Positions 1 through 14,168 of a stretch of DNA of 64,000 nt are shown piece after piece. The translations under genes and the position numbers were made by a program. The stretch is taken from the NCBI GenBank assembly GCA_964016885.1, contig OZ024749.1, positions 30,318,001 through 30,382,000 on the forward strand, in the 5' to 3' direction. The DNA comes from Eledone cirrhosa (taxonomy: Eukaryota). Positions within the stretch are counted from its first letter, which is position 1, and the number at the start of each line of letters is the position of its first letter. The notes below the pieces were generated by a model. It was not told the DNA's origin. It made no database searches and was given only the letters and a program-made list of their open reading frames with translations.

Positions 1-379
1 GCCATTAAATTGTCATATGTAACAAAATCTTAGTTTGACTTTTTTAAAATCTAAAACCCTTACCACAGCGTATTAGGCGCCTCATACAATATAATCCCGT
101 GGGTCTCATAATAGCCTTCATACTTACCACAGAGTCGGTTTCGGAACAATGTTTTACAAACAGATGTCTTTACTGGTACGAACCATTTTAGTCAAGTATA
201 CACCAAATGTAAAGGGAAGTAACTCCAACTTCGTAGTCAGAAAGTGTGTTGAAGCCCGACCTGTGTATATTACACACACACACGCACGCGCAAACACTCA
301 CACACCGACAGGTGCATCATTTTAGTAATGGCTGGCCTTGTGCCAAAAGTAGAAAAAAATATTATTATTATATATATGA

Positions 380-565
380 AGTGGATTGGCAGTATCGGTA
401 GAAGGTCGGACGCCATGATTTCCAGCATAGTTACGACCCTTTACGATCTGAGTTCAAATCCCGCCGAGGTTGACTTTGCCTTTCATCCTTACGGGGTCAA
501 TAAAATAAAGTACCAGTAATGCACTGGGTTTGTGGCTTTGTGCCTATAGTAGAAACAATTATTAT
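380..565 (+). mobile_element. tRNA-derived SINE family A
   Basis: A-box TGGCAGTATCGG, B-box GAGTTCAAATCC, central GCCTTTCATCCTTACGGGGTCGATAAAATAAAGTACCAGT, tail GGCCTTGTGCC..GTAGAAAC. Many copies in the window. Confidence 0.85.
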
Positions 566-918
566 ATATATGAAGTGTATATATATACATATATATATAT
601 ATATATAAACATATATATATATATTTATCATGTTTTAATATCTCTATGTGTGCATTGATTGTGTATACATATAGTTATTCTTTTTAATATCCAATTGAGT
701 TCTTAAACACGAGGTAATAATACCTAACATGTTTAAATGACCAGCGTGTATATTGTTTTATATTTTAAGATGACCTCCCCTTACCCTCTTGGGGACAGCG
801 TGTATTTTATCATTAAGAATGGATTTTCGAATCTACCAGTCTCTTTTTAGCGCTGAAGGAAACCATCACTAATCTATTAATGTCGATGTAATTCTTATAT
901 CGATATATCATTTGGGCA

Positions 919-1042
919 TCCACTGATGAGTTTGTATGAGCCCGCTTGTGTATAAAACTATGGATTATATACAAGTTTCTACATAACCTGGAAATTATTT
1001 ATCCCAAATTGTAGAAATCTTATAACGAAACGGCCGTCTGGA
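919..1042 (+). ncRNA. Type I hammerhead ribozyme with branched, expanded stem II
   Basis: tcca-CTGATGA-gtt..[ttgtgtataa/ttatatacaa and tttctaca/tgtagaaa hairpins]..aac-GAAA-CGGCCG-TC-tgga; palindromic stem III. Confidence 0.75.
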
Positions 1043-1481
1043 AGGAAAGAGATATTTATTTAATAATGTCTCATATAAAATAATACAACCAGCTATCCAC
1101 GAAATACTGATTAGTTAGCACCCCAAACAGTAAAATGGGATAATACTTAGGTATATCCTAATGTTTGTTGAGTGAGATTGAGTTGGTCAGAGTATCGCTT
1201 AAGACGTTCTCTGTTAATGTATTAAATTATATATATATATATATGGAAAAAAGATGAAATGAAAATGGAAAATGCAACTGGAGTCTTTTTTTGTTTAAAT
1301 ATATATTTATTTGGTTCCTTTACCGGTTTCGCAGGAACCAAATAAATATATATTTAAAAACAAAAAGACTCCAGTTGCATTTTCCATTTCATCTTTTTTC
1401 CTTATATTTTCACTCATGTAGGACACCTCGTTTTTTTATATTTTGTAAAAAAACATCACTTTCTAATATACATATATACAA

Positions 1482-1566
<85 letters not shown>

Positions 1567-1937
1567 TACTACATACATATATATGTATAAAGAGAGAGAG
1601 AGGGAGTGAGAGAAAGAGAGAGCGAGAGAGATAGAGTGAGAGAGAGAGAGAACTACCACTACGTCTATGTGCTGGTCAACATTATAAGAATAAATCTGGG
1701 AATATTAAGATAGATGGAGATGTGTTTCCACTAAAATAAGAATACAGGTGAGGTTGATCGAAGTATGTAACATAATACTGATGTTTAGATCTAGTAAATG
1801 TTAGTGCAAAAAATACCATTGAACATTCTTTCTGAAAGGTCACGGAATCTATAGTTTTATAAAGAACAACAATAAACAGGACTGGTATAAAAACTCAACG
1901 TTATATATATATAGTATATTCAAACATATATATATAC

Positions 1938-1973
<36 letters not shown>

Positions 1974-1975
1974 TG

Positions 1976-2096
1976 TGAAGGCGTGTGGCTGAGTGGTTAG
2001 AGAACTGGATTCGCAATCGTGAGGTTGTGAGTTCGATTCCTCGACCGGGCGATGCGTTATGTCCTTGAGCAAGACACTTTATTTCACGTTGCTCCT
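1976..2096 (+). mobile_element. tRNA-derived SINE family B (5' part)
   Basis: TGGCTGAGTGGTTAG A-box, GAGTTCGATTCC B-box, then GTCCTTGAGCAAGACACTT. Related minus-strand copies at ~14560-14815 and ~41030-41140. Confidence 0.75.
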
Positions 2097-2194
2097 TCTA
2101 CCTGGAGTTGCGACCGATAGATAGTATTAGCAATTGGAAAGACCAATGGAAACACTGATTCCTCGGTCCGATTTGACGAAAGTCGATCGTTAGG

Positions 2195-2234
<40 letters not shown>

Positions 2235-3072
2235 CAAAACAACGAACAGCGGAGGACGCGTTTCGCACCTTTCCGACAGACAAAGTTTCCCCCCACCCAG
2301 GAAAAAACCCCAGTTGATGGATGTGAATCCGAAATATATAGGGACAATTAAATCTCCCCCAAGGTAACTCTCTCTCGTGTTGTTATTTTTATTTTTATTC
2401 TTTATGCTCTTTCCTTCATTCCTCTACACATCTTATTCACGCCACGCATCTCAACGTTCACCCACTTACATCTCTCGCTCTCCACCACCGGATCTTGTTA
2501 CCCGGAGGAGATTTACCCATTTGCATTGTCGAGGCTTCCAAACGACTTAAAGAAATTTACCTTATCATTCCACAATGCTTCAAGCAAACTTCAATACTCT
2601 CATATATATATATATATATATGGTATATTTCTTTAGGTCGTTTTAGAAGCCTCAACAATGCAGATGGGTAAATCTCCGGGCGACAAGTTCCGGTGGTGGA
2701 TAGAGAGACGTAAGTGAAAGTAGGTTGAGATGTGTAGTGTGTAGAAGAGTGTAGGAAAGAGCGTAAAGGATAACAATAATAATAACACGAGATAGAGTTA
2801 CCTTGGGAGTGATTTAATTGTCCCTATATATTTCGGATTCACAACCATCAACTGGGGTTGGGGGTTCCGGGATAGGGGGGTGGGGGTGGCTGAGGGAAAG
2901 GTTGTCTGTCGGAAAGGTGCGAAACGTCGGATGAATTGTACCTGTAAGTCAAAGAGTTAGATTTGTCACACTGTGTGTCTCGCTTACGACCCCCTCCTCC
3001 CCTCCCGCATGATAATTATTTTAAAGTGGTAAACGCAACTGTGGAATGCTCAGCCACTTAAATATTAATATA

Positions 3073-3250
3073 GGGCGGTGGATTGGCAGTATCGGCAGAG
3101 GGTCGGATGCCATGCTTTGCAGCAGAAAGTTACGGCCCTTTATGGTCTGAGTTCAAATCCCCCGATATTAACGTTTCCTTTCATCCTTACAGGATCGATT
3201 AAATACCCTTGGATAATTGCTGGCCTTGTGCCAAAAGTAGAAACAATGAT
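3073..3250 (+). mobile_element. SINE family A copy
   Basis: Same boxes and tail as 380-565. Confidence 0.8.
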
Positions 3251-3341
3251 TAAGTCTGTTAACAGCCACCATTTGCATTTAAAGTGCTGCCTACAGAACT
3301 TTGCCTAACCTCCTTCTGGGTGCTCATAACATAATGTACCA

Positions 3342-3530
3342 GTAATTCTTTCTACGTTAGGCACAAGGCCAGCAATTACCCAGTGCATTACTGGTACTTT
3401 ATTTTATCGACCCCGTAAGGATGAAAGGCAAAGTTAAACTCGGCGGGATTTGAACTCAGAATGACAAGGGCCGTAACTCTATACATCAAAGCAGAGCGTC
3501 CGACCCTCTACCAATACTGCCAATCCACCG
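3342..3530 (-). mobile_element. SINE family A copy
   Basis: Reverse complement of the family A consensus. Confidence 0.85.
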
Positions 3531-3542
3531 ACCAGTAATGTA

Positions 3543-3690
3543 CTGAGTTTAAATTCCTCCGTGGCTAACTTTTCCTTTCCTCCATACGGGGTCGATAAAA
3601 TAAAGTACCAGTCACGCACTGGTGTCGATTTAATCGACTTTACCCTACCCCCAAATTGTGGTCTTGTGCCTATATAAGAAACCATTAATA
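3543..3690 (+). mobile_element. SINE family A partial copy
   Basis: B-box, central block and tail present. Confidence 0.7.
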
Positions 3691-3980
3691 TCAGGTATTT
3701 TCTGGCTAATTACTTGCACACCATATCCACCCTGATAAACAGTTTTCCTTCCTTCAACCATCCAACATCATTTTTCTCCGAAATATATATTTTTTCCATA
3801 AACACCCATATGTTGAAACGGTTCTTATCCTTCTCCAACAAGCGTAAAACTAATCAGATTTTGTGTATTTGTATTTCTACCTTTGTATTCTTTTAACTGC
3901 AATTAAACCTACACATCCATATACATACATATACATACATATAAATATATAATATTTACGATACCACGAGGTGCTTCACG

Positions 3981-4056
<76 letters not shown>

Positions 4057-4086
4057 GTGTGTGTGTGTGCGCGTGTGTGTATATAT

Positions 4087-4136
<50 letters not shown>

Positions 4137-4179
4137 GTGTGTGTGTATATACACACACATATACATATAATTGTATACA

Positions 4180-4287
<108 letters not shown>

Positions 4288-4689
4288 TTATATATATATA
4301 TATGTGTGCGCGCGCCTGTGTGTGTATATATATATATTGTATACAAATATATATATATATACATATATATGTATAAGTATCAATATATATTAAAAAGCAA
4401 CAACGGCATCACCAATCTTGCTTTGCTGTTTTATAATTAAAATTATGAACGATGGCTTGAAGGTGTTTTATTATGAAATTAAATTACACACCAAGCAAAC
4501 ATATCTTACGACGAAGGTGATATGTAATCATGCGTTAGCGGAAACATAAAAAAAAATAGTGCATACGAGTGTATCATTCCGCGCTCCTTTCTCTTCATTT
4601 TCCTTTGTCCCATCTATACCAATATCTTGCTAAGTCTCTCTCCCTCTCTATCTCTCTCTCTATATATCTCTCTCTCTCTCTGCTTCTTC

Positions 4690-4766
<77 letters not shown>

Positions 4767-4773
4767 CTGCTTC

Positions 4774-4838
<65 letters not shown>

Positions 4839-4890
4839 TCTACCTACCTTCTTATGTAGCTTTCTGTCTGTCAGGCTAGCTACCTACTTA

Positions 4891-4969
<79 letters not shown>

Positions 4970-5040
4970 CTATCTACCTACTTACCTATCTTTCTATTTA
5001 TTTATCTATCTATCTAACCATCCTCTCTCTCTCTCTCGGT

Positions 5041-5135
<95 letters not shown>

Positions 5136-5424
5136 TGTCCATAAAATAATGATATGAGCATACTTTATGATATATTGCTCTGATTATTTAATTTATTAAT
5201 TCTTCATTGAGCCACATCGTGAATGGTTGCCACATATATATCTGTGACTTTGTTTAGTTTGTGTATATGTAAATCTTTATATATATATATATATTTATGT
5301 GTGTGTGTGTGTGTGTGTGTGAATGTGTGTGTGTGGTGTTATACACACTTATAAGACAACAGTGCTGATTTAAATATATATAAATATATATAAATACATA
5401 GGAATATAGGCAGGAACAAATACA

Positions 5425-5470
<46 letters not shown>

Positions 5471-5797
5471 GAGAGAGAGAGAGTGAGGGTGTAGGAGGAG
5501 ATAGATAGACTGGTACATATCAATCAAGGCAGCTCGTTCAATTTCTATTACCGCCTACGTTCACCACAATAAAGCAACACTGTTGTTGATGCTATGTATG
5601 GCAGTATAGCTACTGTAGCTGCTGTTGATGTTGCTGCTGATGTTGCTGCTGTTGATGTTGCTGCTGATGTTGCTGCTGATGTTGCTGCTTCTATTTTTTC
5701 TTTCATAATTATCCAACAGCCCACAGTTTCTCCTGGCAACACTTACAGTCATTTGAAGATTTTCCTTAGGTTGATTACATAATTTAACTGGAGATAA

Positions 5798-5833
<36 letters not shown>

Positions 5834-5867
5834 TGTATGTATGTATGTATGTATGTATGTATGTATG

Positions 5868-6536
5868 TCGTCGCCGGCGGCGTCAGGGCTGGTTGAAGAA
5901 GACGGCATGCGGTAGACCGCCGCTTCATATGTCAGGTCACCAGTTGGTGCTACTGGTAACATGTATCCCAGTACAACCTGTCTCATAGTCCGGTCGTTGG
6001 CGACTAAATTGGCAACGCCACCAAGGTTTCTTGGCGAGGAGGGTGACTTTGGACATCCTGCTGGACTAAAAACAAAACCTGTCAAAGGGCAAAGGAGCTC
6101 TTAAGAGTCAATGGCCATCCAAAATCACCGGGAGCGATGAGCCCTTAGCCTTTGTCGAGGCAGAATTCCAGGAGAAGGAAAACTCTGATATAACACCTGC
6201 AACCCTGATGGTATCCAATGATGTTGACTTGTTCTTCTTTTTGGTAAATATCATCTTGGTTAAGAGAGTGGGACTGGCTTTGTGCAGTACCTTTGCTCAC
6301 TATAAAGGCTTCACGGCACAGGCATTGCTTTATATCTGGAGATCTCTCTGCACTTGTCGTCATATGGTACCATGGGCCCAGCACTATGTCTCAATAATTG
6401 TCACAAGTGTAGTGTTTGTACCAGAGTTTTCAAGTCGGTGGCTGGACTAAAAAGTCACACTCGTTCAGCGCATCGGTAGGAGTTCTCGTACATGGATATA
6501 AAGTAGTGGCCGTACTCGAAAACGAGGTGGCAGCCA

Positions 6537-6538
<2 letters not shown>
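5868..6538 (+). mobile_element. Non-coding repeat resembling RTE 5' UTR / RTE-dependent element
   Basis: GC-richer block between microsatellites containing AGGAGAAGGAAAACTCTGA. A diverged paralog lies at 6886-7236. Confidence 0.5.
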
Positions 6539-6626
<88 letters not shown>

Positions 6627-6796
6627 GGAAAAAATGAAACGAAATTTCATTTCTCACTCTTAGTACGGCTGTTACTTATATATAAGTATGTATACGTACA
6701 TACATATATGTATATAGACGTACAGTAGTATGTATATATATACATATGCATGTATGTATATATATACATACTACTGTACGTCTGTATATATATATG

Positions 6797-6828
<32 letters not shown>

Positions 6829-6885
6829 TGTATGTATGTATGTATGTATGTATGTATGTATGTATGTATGTATGTATGTATGTAT

Positions 6886-7236
6886 GCGCGGGGACACAGA
6901 AATAGTCTGGATGGATACTCGATCACGCGGTTAAACAACTGGGAGTGAAGGGCCCCTAGCCTTTGTCAGGGCATTCTTCTAGAAGAAGGCAACTCAGGAA
7001 ACTGGGATAACTCCGATATAAACCTATGGGTCAGTAGTTACCGATGATGTTGATCTTTTCATCTTTTCGGGTTATAGCTACTGTCGCTCAGAGAGTGGGA
7101 TTGGCTCAGTGCACAGTCTTTCCTCACTTTAAAAAATATCTTCACGCTCAGGCATTGCACGATAGAATTAAATAATAATTATTAATAAGGGTATATTGTG
7201 CAATGGCCATACTCGATAACGTGGGGGCAGCCATCA
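6886..7236 (+). mobile_element. Diverged paralog of the 5868-6538 repeat
   Basis: Shared blocks cctagcctttgtc, agaaggcaactc, gatgttgat, gagagtggga..ggct, tggcc.tactcga, ggcagcca.cat. Confidence 0.5.
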
Positions 7237-7266
7237 TGTATGTGTGTATGTATGTAAATGTGTATG

Positions 7267-7321
<55 letters not shown>

Positions 7322-7324
<3 letters not shown>

Positions 7325-8525
7325 TTTTGCGAGGATTTTGATATGAAATCGTGTGTCGAAACAAATATTGTTATCCTTGGGGAGGGTCATATTTGTGTAA
7401 TATTGCCAGAATTAATAATAGAACACACTCACTGTTTGGTTGGTTTTCGCTTTTCGCTTCTGTGTCTTTTATATCGGTAATCTAATTTATTCGGTCCTCA
7501 ATGTTGCCATTGACTGACCAACGGTCAAAAATTATACAGATACAATATAGACACAAACACATATATATAGTTTATCAAAGTTCTTTCGTTGCACATCTGC
7601 AACATCGTCAGTGGTGTTATTGTTCCCTCCCGTGGCATTGTATTTTCTACGCCATCTTTATTTAGTCTGTTTATATATTTATTTATTAGTTTATTTTATT
7701 TTTCCTTCTTTGCCCATGCGTTTGCGTGTGTGTATAGTGTTTTGTTTGATGTGTGTTCGTGATTGGGTGAATGTGTATTGGTTAATGTATTCTATCTTTA
7801 CTAGTGTGTGTTTATATGTGTTTGTTGTTATTGTGCTTGTGTATGTATTTATTTATTTATTTATCTATTTATTTATTTATACTTCTCTTAGGTCAGTGTT
7901 GTTTGTTTGGGTGTTGTTGTTATTCCATTCATTCTTTCTGTTTAGCCCTGGCCTTCTAAACAGAAAGAATGAATGGAATAACAACAACACCAAACAAACA
8001 ACACTGACCTTAGAGAAGTATAAATAAATAGATAAATAAATAAATAAATGCATACACAAGCACAATAACAACAAACACATATAAACACACACTAGTAAAG
8101 ACAGAAAACATTAACCAATACACAGTCACCCAATCACAAACACACATCAAACAAAACAGTATACACACACGCAAACGCATGCGCAAAGAAGACAAAATAA
8201 AATAAACTAATAAATAAATATATAAACAGACTAAATAAAGAAGGCGTAGAAAATACAATGCAACGGGTGGAAACAATAGCACCACTGACGATGTTGCAGA
8301 TGTGCAACGAAAGAACTTTGATAAACTATATATATGTGTTTGTGTATATATTGTATCTGTATTATTTTTGACCGTTTGTCAGTCAATGGCAACATTGAGG
8401 ACCGAATAAATTAGATTGCCGATATAAAAGATACAGAAGCGAAAGCGAAAACCAACCAAACAGTGAGTGTGTTCTGTTATTAATTCTGGCAATATTACAC
8501 AAATATGACCCTCCCCAAGTATAAC
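7322..8525. repeat. Long palindromic insertion (~580-bp arms, tiny spacer) in (TA)n
   Basis: 7364-~7945 is the reverse complement of ~7955-8525, with scattered mismatches. Confidence 0.9.
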
Positions 8526-8526
8526 A

Positions 8527-8569
<43 letters not shown>

Positions 8570-8616
8570 TATGTGTGTGTATATATATATGTATATATGT
8601 ATGTATATCTATCAAT

Positions 8617-8675
<59 letters not shown>

Positions 8676-9308
8676 CACACGCACACATACAATAGATATT
8701 GCAATAACTTAACGTTATTCGTAACAGAGGTGCATAATACATACATATACGATACGTCTATGTATAATAAGCATACAACGTGTCTTACTAGGTAAATATT
8801 AGAGCGTAATTATGCCTATGCCATAGCTAAGTGAGTTTCTTGCTCACTAAACATTCATAATTTTATTAACCACTGTTGCATTTACAATTAATATTAATTA
8901 TGTAACTTCAATCAATACGTGTAATTTAACTCATTTGCTCTATTTGATGAATTGTATATGTCTACCAATGTATGATATTTCGTATATTATCTATAGTTAC
9001 TGAACTTTATTTTACATTTTATCACTGGTAAATTTTAATTACGTCTTTAGGCTTCCATAAATCTTCAACGTATTCTCTAAACTATTTGAATGTTGTTGGT
9101 TACATTGTACGTTTTTCGCTCTTCCTTAGAATTCCTGAGTATGTAAGATATATATTGTTTGTATTTAATTCATTTTGATGAGCTTAATCTAAAAGGAATG
9201 TAATGTTTTGTTATTCAAATGAAACGGTTTTAAATCAAAAAGGTTTTAATTGAAATCCCTGTTAACATTTTTCTCTCTTTCTATATATATACATATATAT
9301 ATATATAC

Positions 9309-9366
<58 letters not shown>

Positions 9367-9454
9367 TGAGTACCGCAAATGTATACACACTTTGATTATC
9401 TGAACAGGCAATATTTATTAGAATGCTGTTGAAGTGTGTATACATTTTTGGGAC

Positions 9455-9605
<151 letters not shown>

Positions 9606-10112
9606 AAACAGTCTTTGTTTTTGTGTCTGTTGTACCTACACAACATTGTATTATATTTATTTTCTATCATGTGAACATATTTCTCTCCTGCTTTTCTCAA
9701 ACAAATCTTTCATTAAATCGTATGAATAATGTTTTCATTGCTGGCTTTTAATTTCCAATTACTGAACATTTTTTTTTACTGATTAAGTATTTCGAGCAAA
9801 TTCCAATGTTGTTAACTGATACAATGTAATCGAAGCTAATAATCTATAGACACAATGATGGGGTGGAGGTTTGTGGGGCAGGGCAGTTCCTCCATTATTC
9901 AATGGCGGCTGCAATACCTAGTCTATTCAGTTGGCTATAAATCATCAAAGATAGATAGAAATGAAGATAGAATAACAGAGAAAGAGAATTATAAAGCGAG
10001 TAAGGAAGACAAATTTGAATGATGGAAATCTAAAATGATACACCCCACACAGACATATATAAATATATAAATCAACACACACAGGCACACATATATATAT
10101 ATATATATATAC

Positions 10113-10224
<112 letters not shown>

Positions 10225-10293
10225 GTTAAATCTTAGAAAGGAAGAAAAACAGAGTGCCATATAATATATACATATATACATATATAACATATA

Positions 10294-10337
<44 letters not shown>

Positions 10338-10394
10338 TTAGAAACACACAGATACATGCGGACGCATGTATCTGTGTGTTCTTCTCTCTTCATA

Positions 10395-10474
<80 letters not shown>

Positions 10475-10678
10475 GTGTGTGTGTGTGTGGTGTGTGTGTG
10501 TATAAAGACAGTGTGGTAAGAAACCAGGTGGACCATAACGCACCAGTGTACTCGATACTAAGGGATCTAGCTGTCGAAACGGCCGGAGCTCAGCCATCGG
10601 GGTCCTAATTCTTTTCATATATATATATATATGGAGAAGAAGTTTATGAAATGGAAATGCGGGTATAAAGAATTTATT

Positions 10679-10795
10679 AGGTAACAATTGTTTCTATAGT
10701 GTATGGGTTACCTATACCTCGCTATTTGAATAATATAAAAATATTATCATAAACCGAAGGTACACTGTAAGCAAACACACCATGTCGTCGGACCT
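10679..10795 (-). ncRNA. Hammerhead variant (CCGACGA core) in the 3' end of the PLE
   Basis: aggt-CCGACGA-catggtg...cactata-GAAA-CAATTG-TT-acct, followed by AATAAA. Confidence 0.7.
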
Positions 10796-11206
10796 TTGCA
10801 TTGGAAGGATATGAAAATGTTTTATACACTAGATAAAGGAGAAAGAAGGAGGCAGGAGGAGAAGGGGAAGAGGGAAGTGAGTAAGGTGGAGGGAGTCCTA
10901 GGATTTAAGACTGTCAGACTAGTAGAGATCGTAAGGAGAGAATGTTTTGGCAGCAGTTAGCTTAATGAGGCGTGTTAGGGTTGGCGGGGGGAAGTAAATT
11001 CTTCTAGTGGTGTTGTTCGGACAAAATTTAGTTAAAGGGGTCAAAGTGGTACAGAGTTACAGATAAGTTATTGGGGCTATTATAGTAGCAGGTTATTTCT
11101 AAAGGGGTCCAGAAAACAGTGTTTAGTACTATTATTATAGAAAGCCATATCTTGTGTATAAACATATAAAACAGAAATTTGCAAACGGTGGTGTAAAAAG
11201 GTAACA

Positions 11207-13579
11207 TTATATGCATTTAAAAAAAGAAAAAGTCGTTTTCAAACGATGGTTACAGTATAGTGAACGTTCAATTTTGCTGTTCAAAAGTTTGTTTACCGAC
11301 GTTAAAATGCAGTATATCTCCAAATTGCATAACTTGCAGAATCGATGATTTTGCTTATATGCAGGCGCAGATGCAATAATTTGCCAATCAAGGGAGAATG
11401 CTTGATTGTTCCTCCGGAGCTGCCAGGCTTTATCGGCGAGGGTTGTTACGGAGCGCATTTTCTCGTGCCTGATCGAAGATCGATGTTGGTATAGGCGAGC
11501 TTTGAAAGAAGTTGCGGTACATCCGACGTAATATCATTTGTTGGTTCCGGAATTTATTGTACATCGGTAGACAATATTGCGTGCTAGGCAGTGGTTATTC
11601 TGTGGGCACGTACCTGGTTTGGTGCAGTTACACTTATTTTTATGTTTTGTAGTAGAATCCTGGATAGTTTGGTGGGGTTGTAGTTGCGTGTTAGTGCGTT
11701 GTGTGTTGCTATGCTGGTGCGCTGAGTCATTAGGGATGTACTTATTTAGTATTGCTGAGTTGAGTTTTTTAATTAGTTGTTCTATGTTAGGTGCAGTGGA
11801 GTATGAGAGTCTAATGGTGCGCGTGTTAAAGATTTTATAGTATTTATGTGAAGTTGTAAAGTGTTTATTGATTAGTGTATAGAATTGTGAGATAATCTTA
11901 GTGCTAATAGAAGTATTGTACACGGGGTTATACCGTATGTACTCTCTACGTCTGACTCTATTTGCTGGTTTGCACCTATTAGTATGCCTATTGATGTGTG
12001 TGTGTGGTGCAATACTAGTTCGATTTAGATGTGTTTTATTCATAGTACTTATGTGGTTATCGTCTAGATATTCTATTTTCTCGCAGTAACCAGCTTTTCT
12101 AAGTGCGTTATTATAATATTCAGCATGCTCGTTGAAGGTTTGCAAATTAGACGACAGTCGGGAGATCCTTATGTATATATTTTTAGGGTTGGATTTAATA
12201 ATGGAATGGGGATGGTTCGATTTTACATTAACGTACTTGAGATTTTCATTAAGTTTGTGAAATGGCTCTATATTACCGTTATTAAGGTTGAAGGTGACAT
12301 CCAAGAAGTTGACCACCTTAAGATTGTGTTCGAAGGTAATATTAAGCCCTAGTTCTAAGAAAAGTTTCCTAATGTTTTTACGTCGCCTTTCTAGGTTGTG
12401 TTTGTTCATATTCTTGACTAATAGAAGTGTATCGTCGCGGTATATTCCGCCGTGGAGATCCGTAAATTCGCTCTGGAGTCTGTGGGCTGTATAGATCCCA
12501 ACCAGATCCGTGACCTCCGCCGAATCATTAGAACCCATCGTAATGTCGAATTCCGAGGGTCTATCTCTGCGGACCCAATAACTATTTTCAAAGTGCACTA
12601 CTGTGCGTCTAGCTTCAAGTATAATATTAATTTCCTCGTTTGTGAGGTCCGAGTTATTCTTAGCGAAAGAGAGGGCCTTATGCAGGGTTTCGGGTGAAAT
12701 AGAGGAATAGTATTCATGTATATCGAATTGAATAAAAGAAGATTTGTTTTTGTCCCTAATGTTATTGAACCATCTTATTGCCTGATGAGTATTACCCCAT
12801 AATTTAATATCTACCTTAGCCTTAACTTGGGGGATAATACGATCTAATATGTACTTACTGATTCTACCTATATCGGACTTTGAAGGACATATTAATCTAA
12901 TTTTAGGGTTAGTATCGAAGTTATCCTTATGGTCCTTCAGATTAAAAGTCGGTGTAGCTGGAGATAGGGGTACCGTTCTGTCGTCAATTTTCAGTTTCTT
13001 AACAATATCACATGCTGCGTTATTAATGTTGGTTAGTGTAGTTGCGTTTGTTTTTTTGTACTTCCTATGTAATTCCTTACGTATAAAATTATTATATGTT
13101 TCTACATCCAGGGTGTATAGATTCGATGTTTTGTTTGCCTTTATGATAATTCCTTTGGTATTCCTTAGGATGTCGAGTAGAGTTTTAATATCTCGTTGCA
13201 GTTCGTTTTTCCTTCCGTTTGCAAATTTGATTCTGGTTATCATTTTCATTAAGTCCTGTTCGAAAGAATCCAAAAGAGGGTTAGAGGGTGGGTTTTTGTA
13301 GGATTTGAAACCAAACTTATCGTTGTTGGTGTCGGAAGTTTGTGTAATCCTTTTCCTATCGAAGTGGAAGGCCCTCCATCTAATCCGCCGAATAAATTCG
13401 TTGGTCCTTTGTATCATACCAAGAATGTATTCTTTTTTACCCTGAATGGGTATGTTTTTTAAGGACATACCACAATGATGTTTTTCCATTTCAGAGACGT
13501 AGGTTGATAGGTTGCTCGACTGTAAAGGAGTGTGAAGAATTAGTAAATTTGTATTCCAATGTATACTAAGTAGTTGCAT
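11207..13579 (-). pseudogene. PLE reverse transcriptase + C-terminal GIY-YIG endonuclease with one in-frame TGA at 11534-11536
   Basis: RT motifs FIQFDIHEYYSSI, FDITMGSNDSAEVTDLVG, IYRDD, VNFLDVTFNL, YVNVKSNHP; Cys linker CNC..CPQNNHCL. GIY-YIG reads NIVYRC...NK*YYVGCTATSFKARLYQHRSS and continues in frame into ORF 11207-11458 (CKLCNLE, LLNSKIE, CNHR). Confidence 0.92.
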
Positions 13580-13717
13580 TGGATGGAGTCAACCGACGTC
13601 AGAGATTGCTCAACGTATAATAAAGTGTGTTTTAAAATCCGGAGAATTTATATATATATAAAGAGAGAGAGAATGGAAAACGAAAAATCAGTGATGCATC
13701 GGAACTCATTTTATTGT

Positions 13718-13805
13718 GTGTTACAATTGTTTCCTCGGCGAACAGCTCGAGGTGCGATCCATGTGTGGATCTACCTGACTCTGGTCTGGCAGGTTCCTCG
13801 GACAC
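13718..13805 (-). ncRNA. Hammerhead variant (CCGAGGA core), branched stem II
   Basis: gtgt-CCGAGGA-...-GAAA-CAATTG-TA-acac. Paralog at 31496-31583 (-) has a decayed core. Confidence 0.6.
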
Positions 13806-13997
13806 GTCTGTTGATTTCGGATCATACCGAAATCAACAGACGTGTCCGACGAAACACACATGGATCGCACCTCGAGCTGTTCGGTATGGAAACAATAAAT
13901 TGAGTTCCGATGCATCACTGATTTTTCGTTTTCCATTGTATAATACTCTACTCTGTAGAAGCATATAGTGCTCAACCGGCATCTTAGCTACCATTAA

Positions 13998-14029
<32 letters not shown>

Positions 14030-14168
14030 TAGAAAGAGAGGTTTTTTTTACAAAATTAAAAATAACCAAGGTGTCCTACACGAGTGAAAGTATAAAGAAA
14101 AAGAGATGAAATCGAAGATGCAACTGGAGTCTTATTTAAAAAAAATATATATATATATTTATTTGGTT

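Larger units (their letters stand above)
10633..13647 (-). mobile_element. Penelope-like retroelement (PLE), near full length, flanked by (TA)n; probably Nematis-like clade
   Basis: RT plus GIY-YIG ORF on the minus strand, followed by a 3' region with a hammerhead motif (10679-10795) and AATAAA. (TA)n on both sides. Clade assignment is from remembered motif style only. Confidence 0.9.

Noticed and set aside
1976-2050. tRNA gene
   Set aside because: The tRNA-like head runs straight into a SINE body found in other copies; no proper acceptor stem or terminator. The same applies to family A heads.
9172-9235. att-TTGATGA...GAAACGGTTT-TA-aat
   Set aside because: Uncompensated C3 change and broken stems II/III; too decayed to call. 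The same applies to the motif near 43283-43320.
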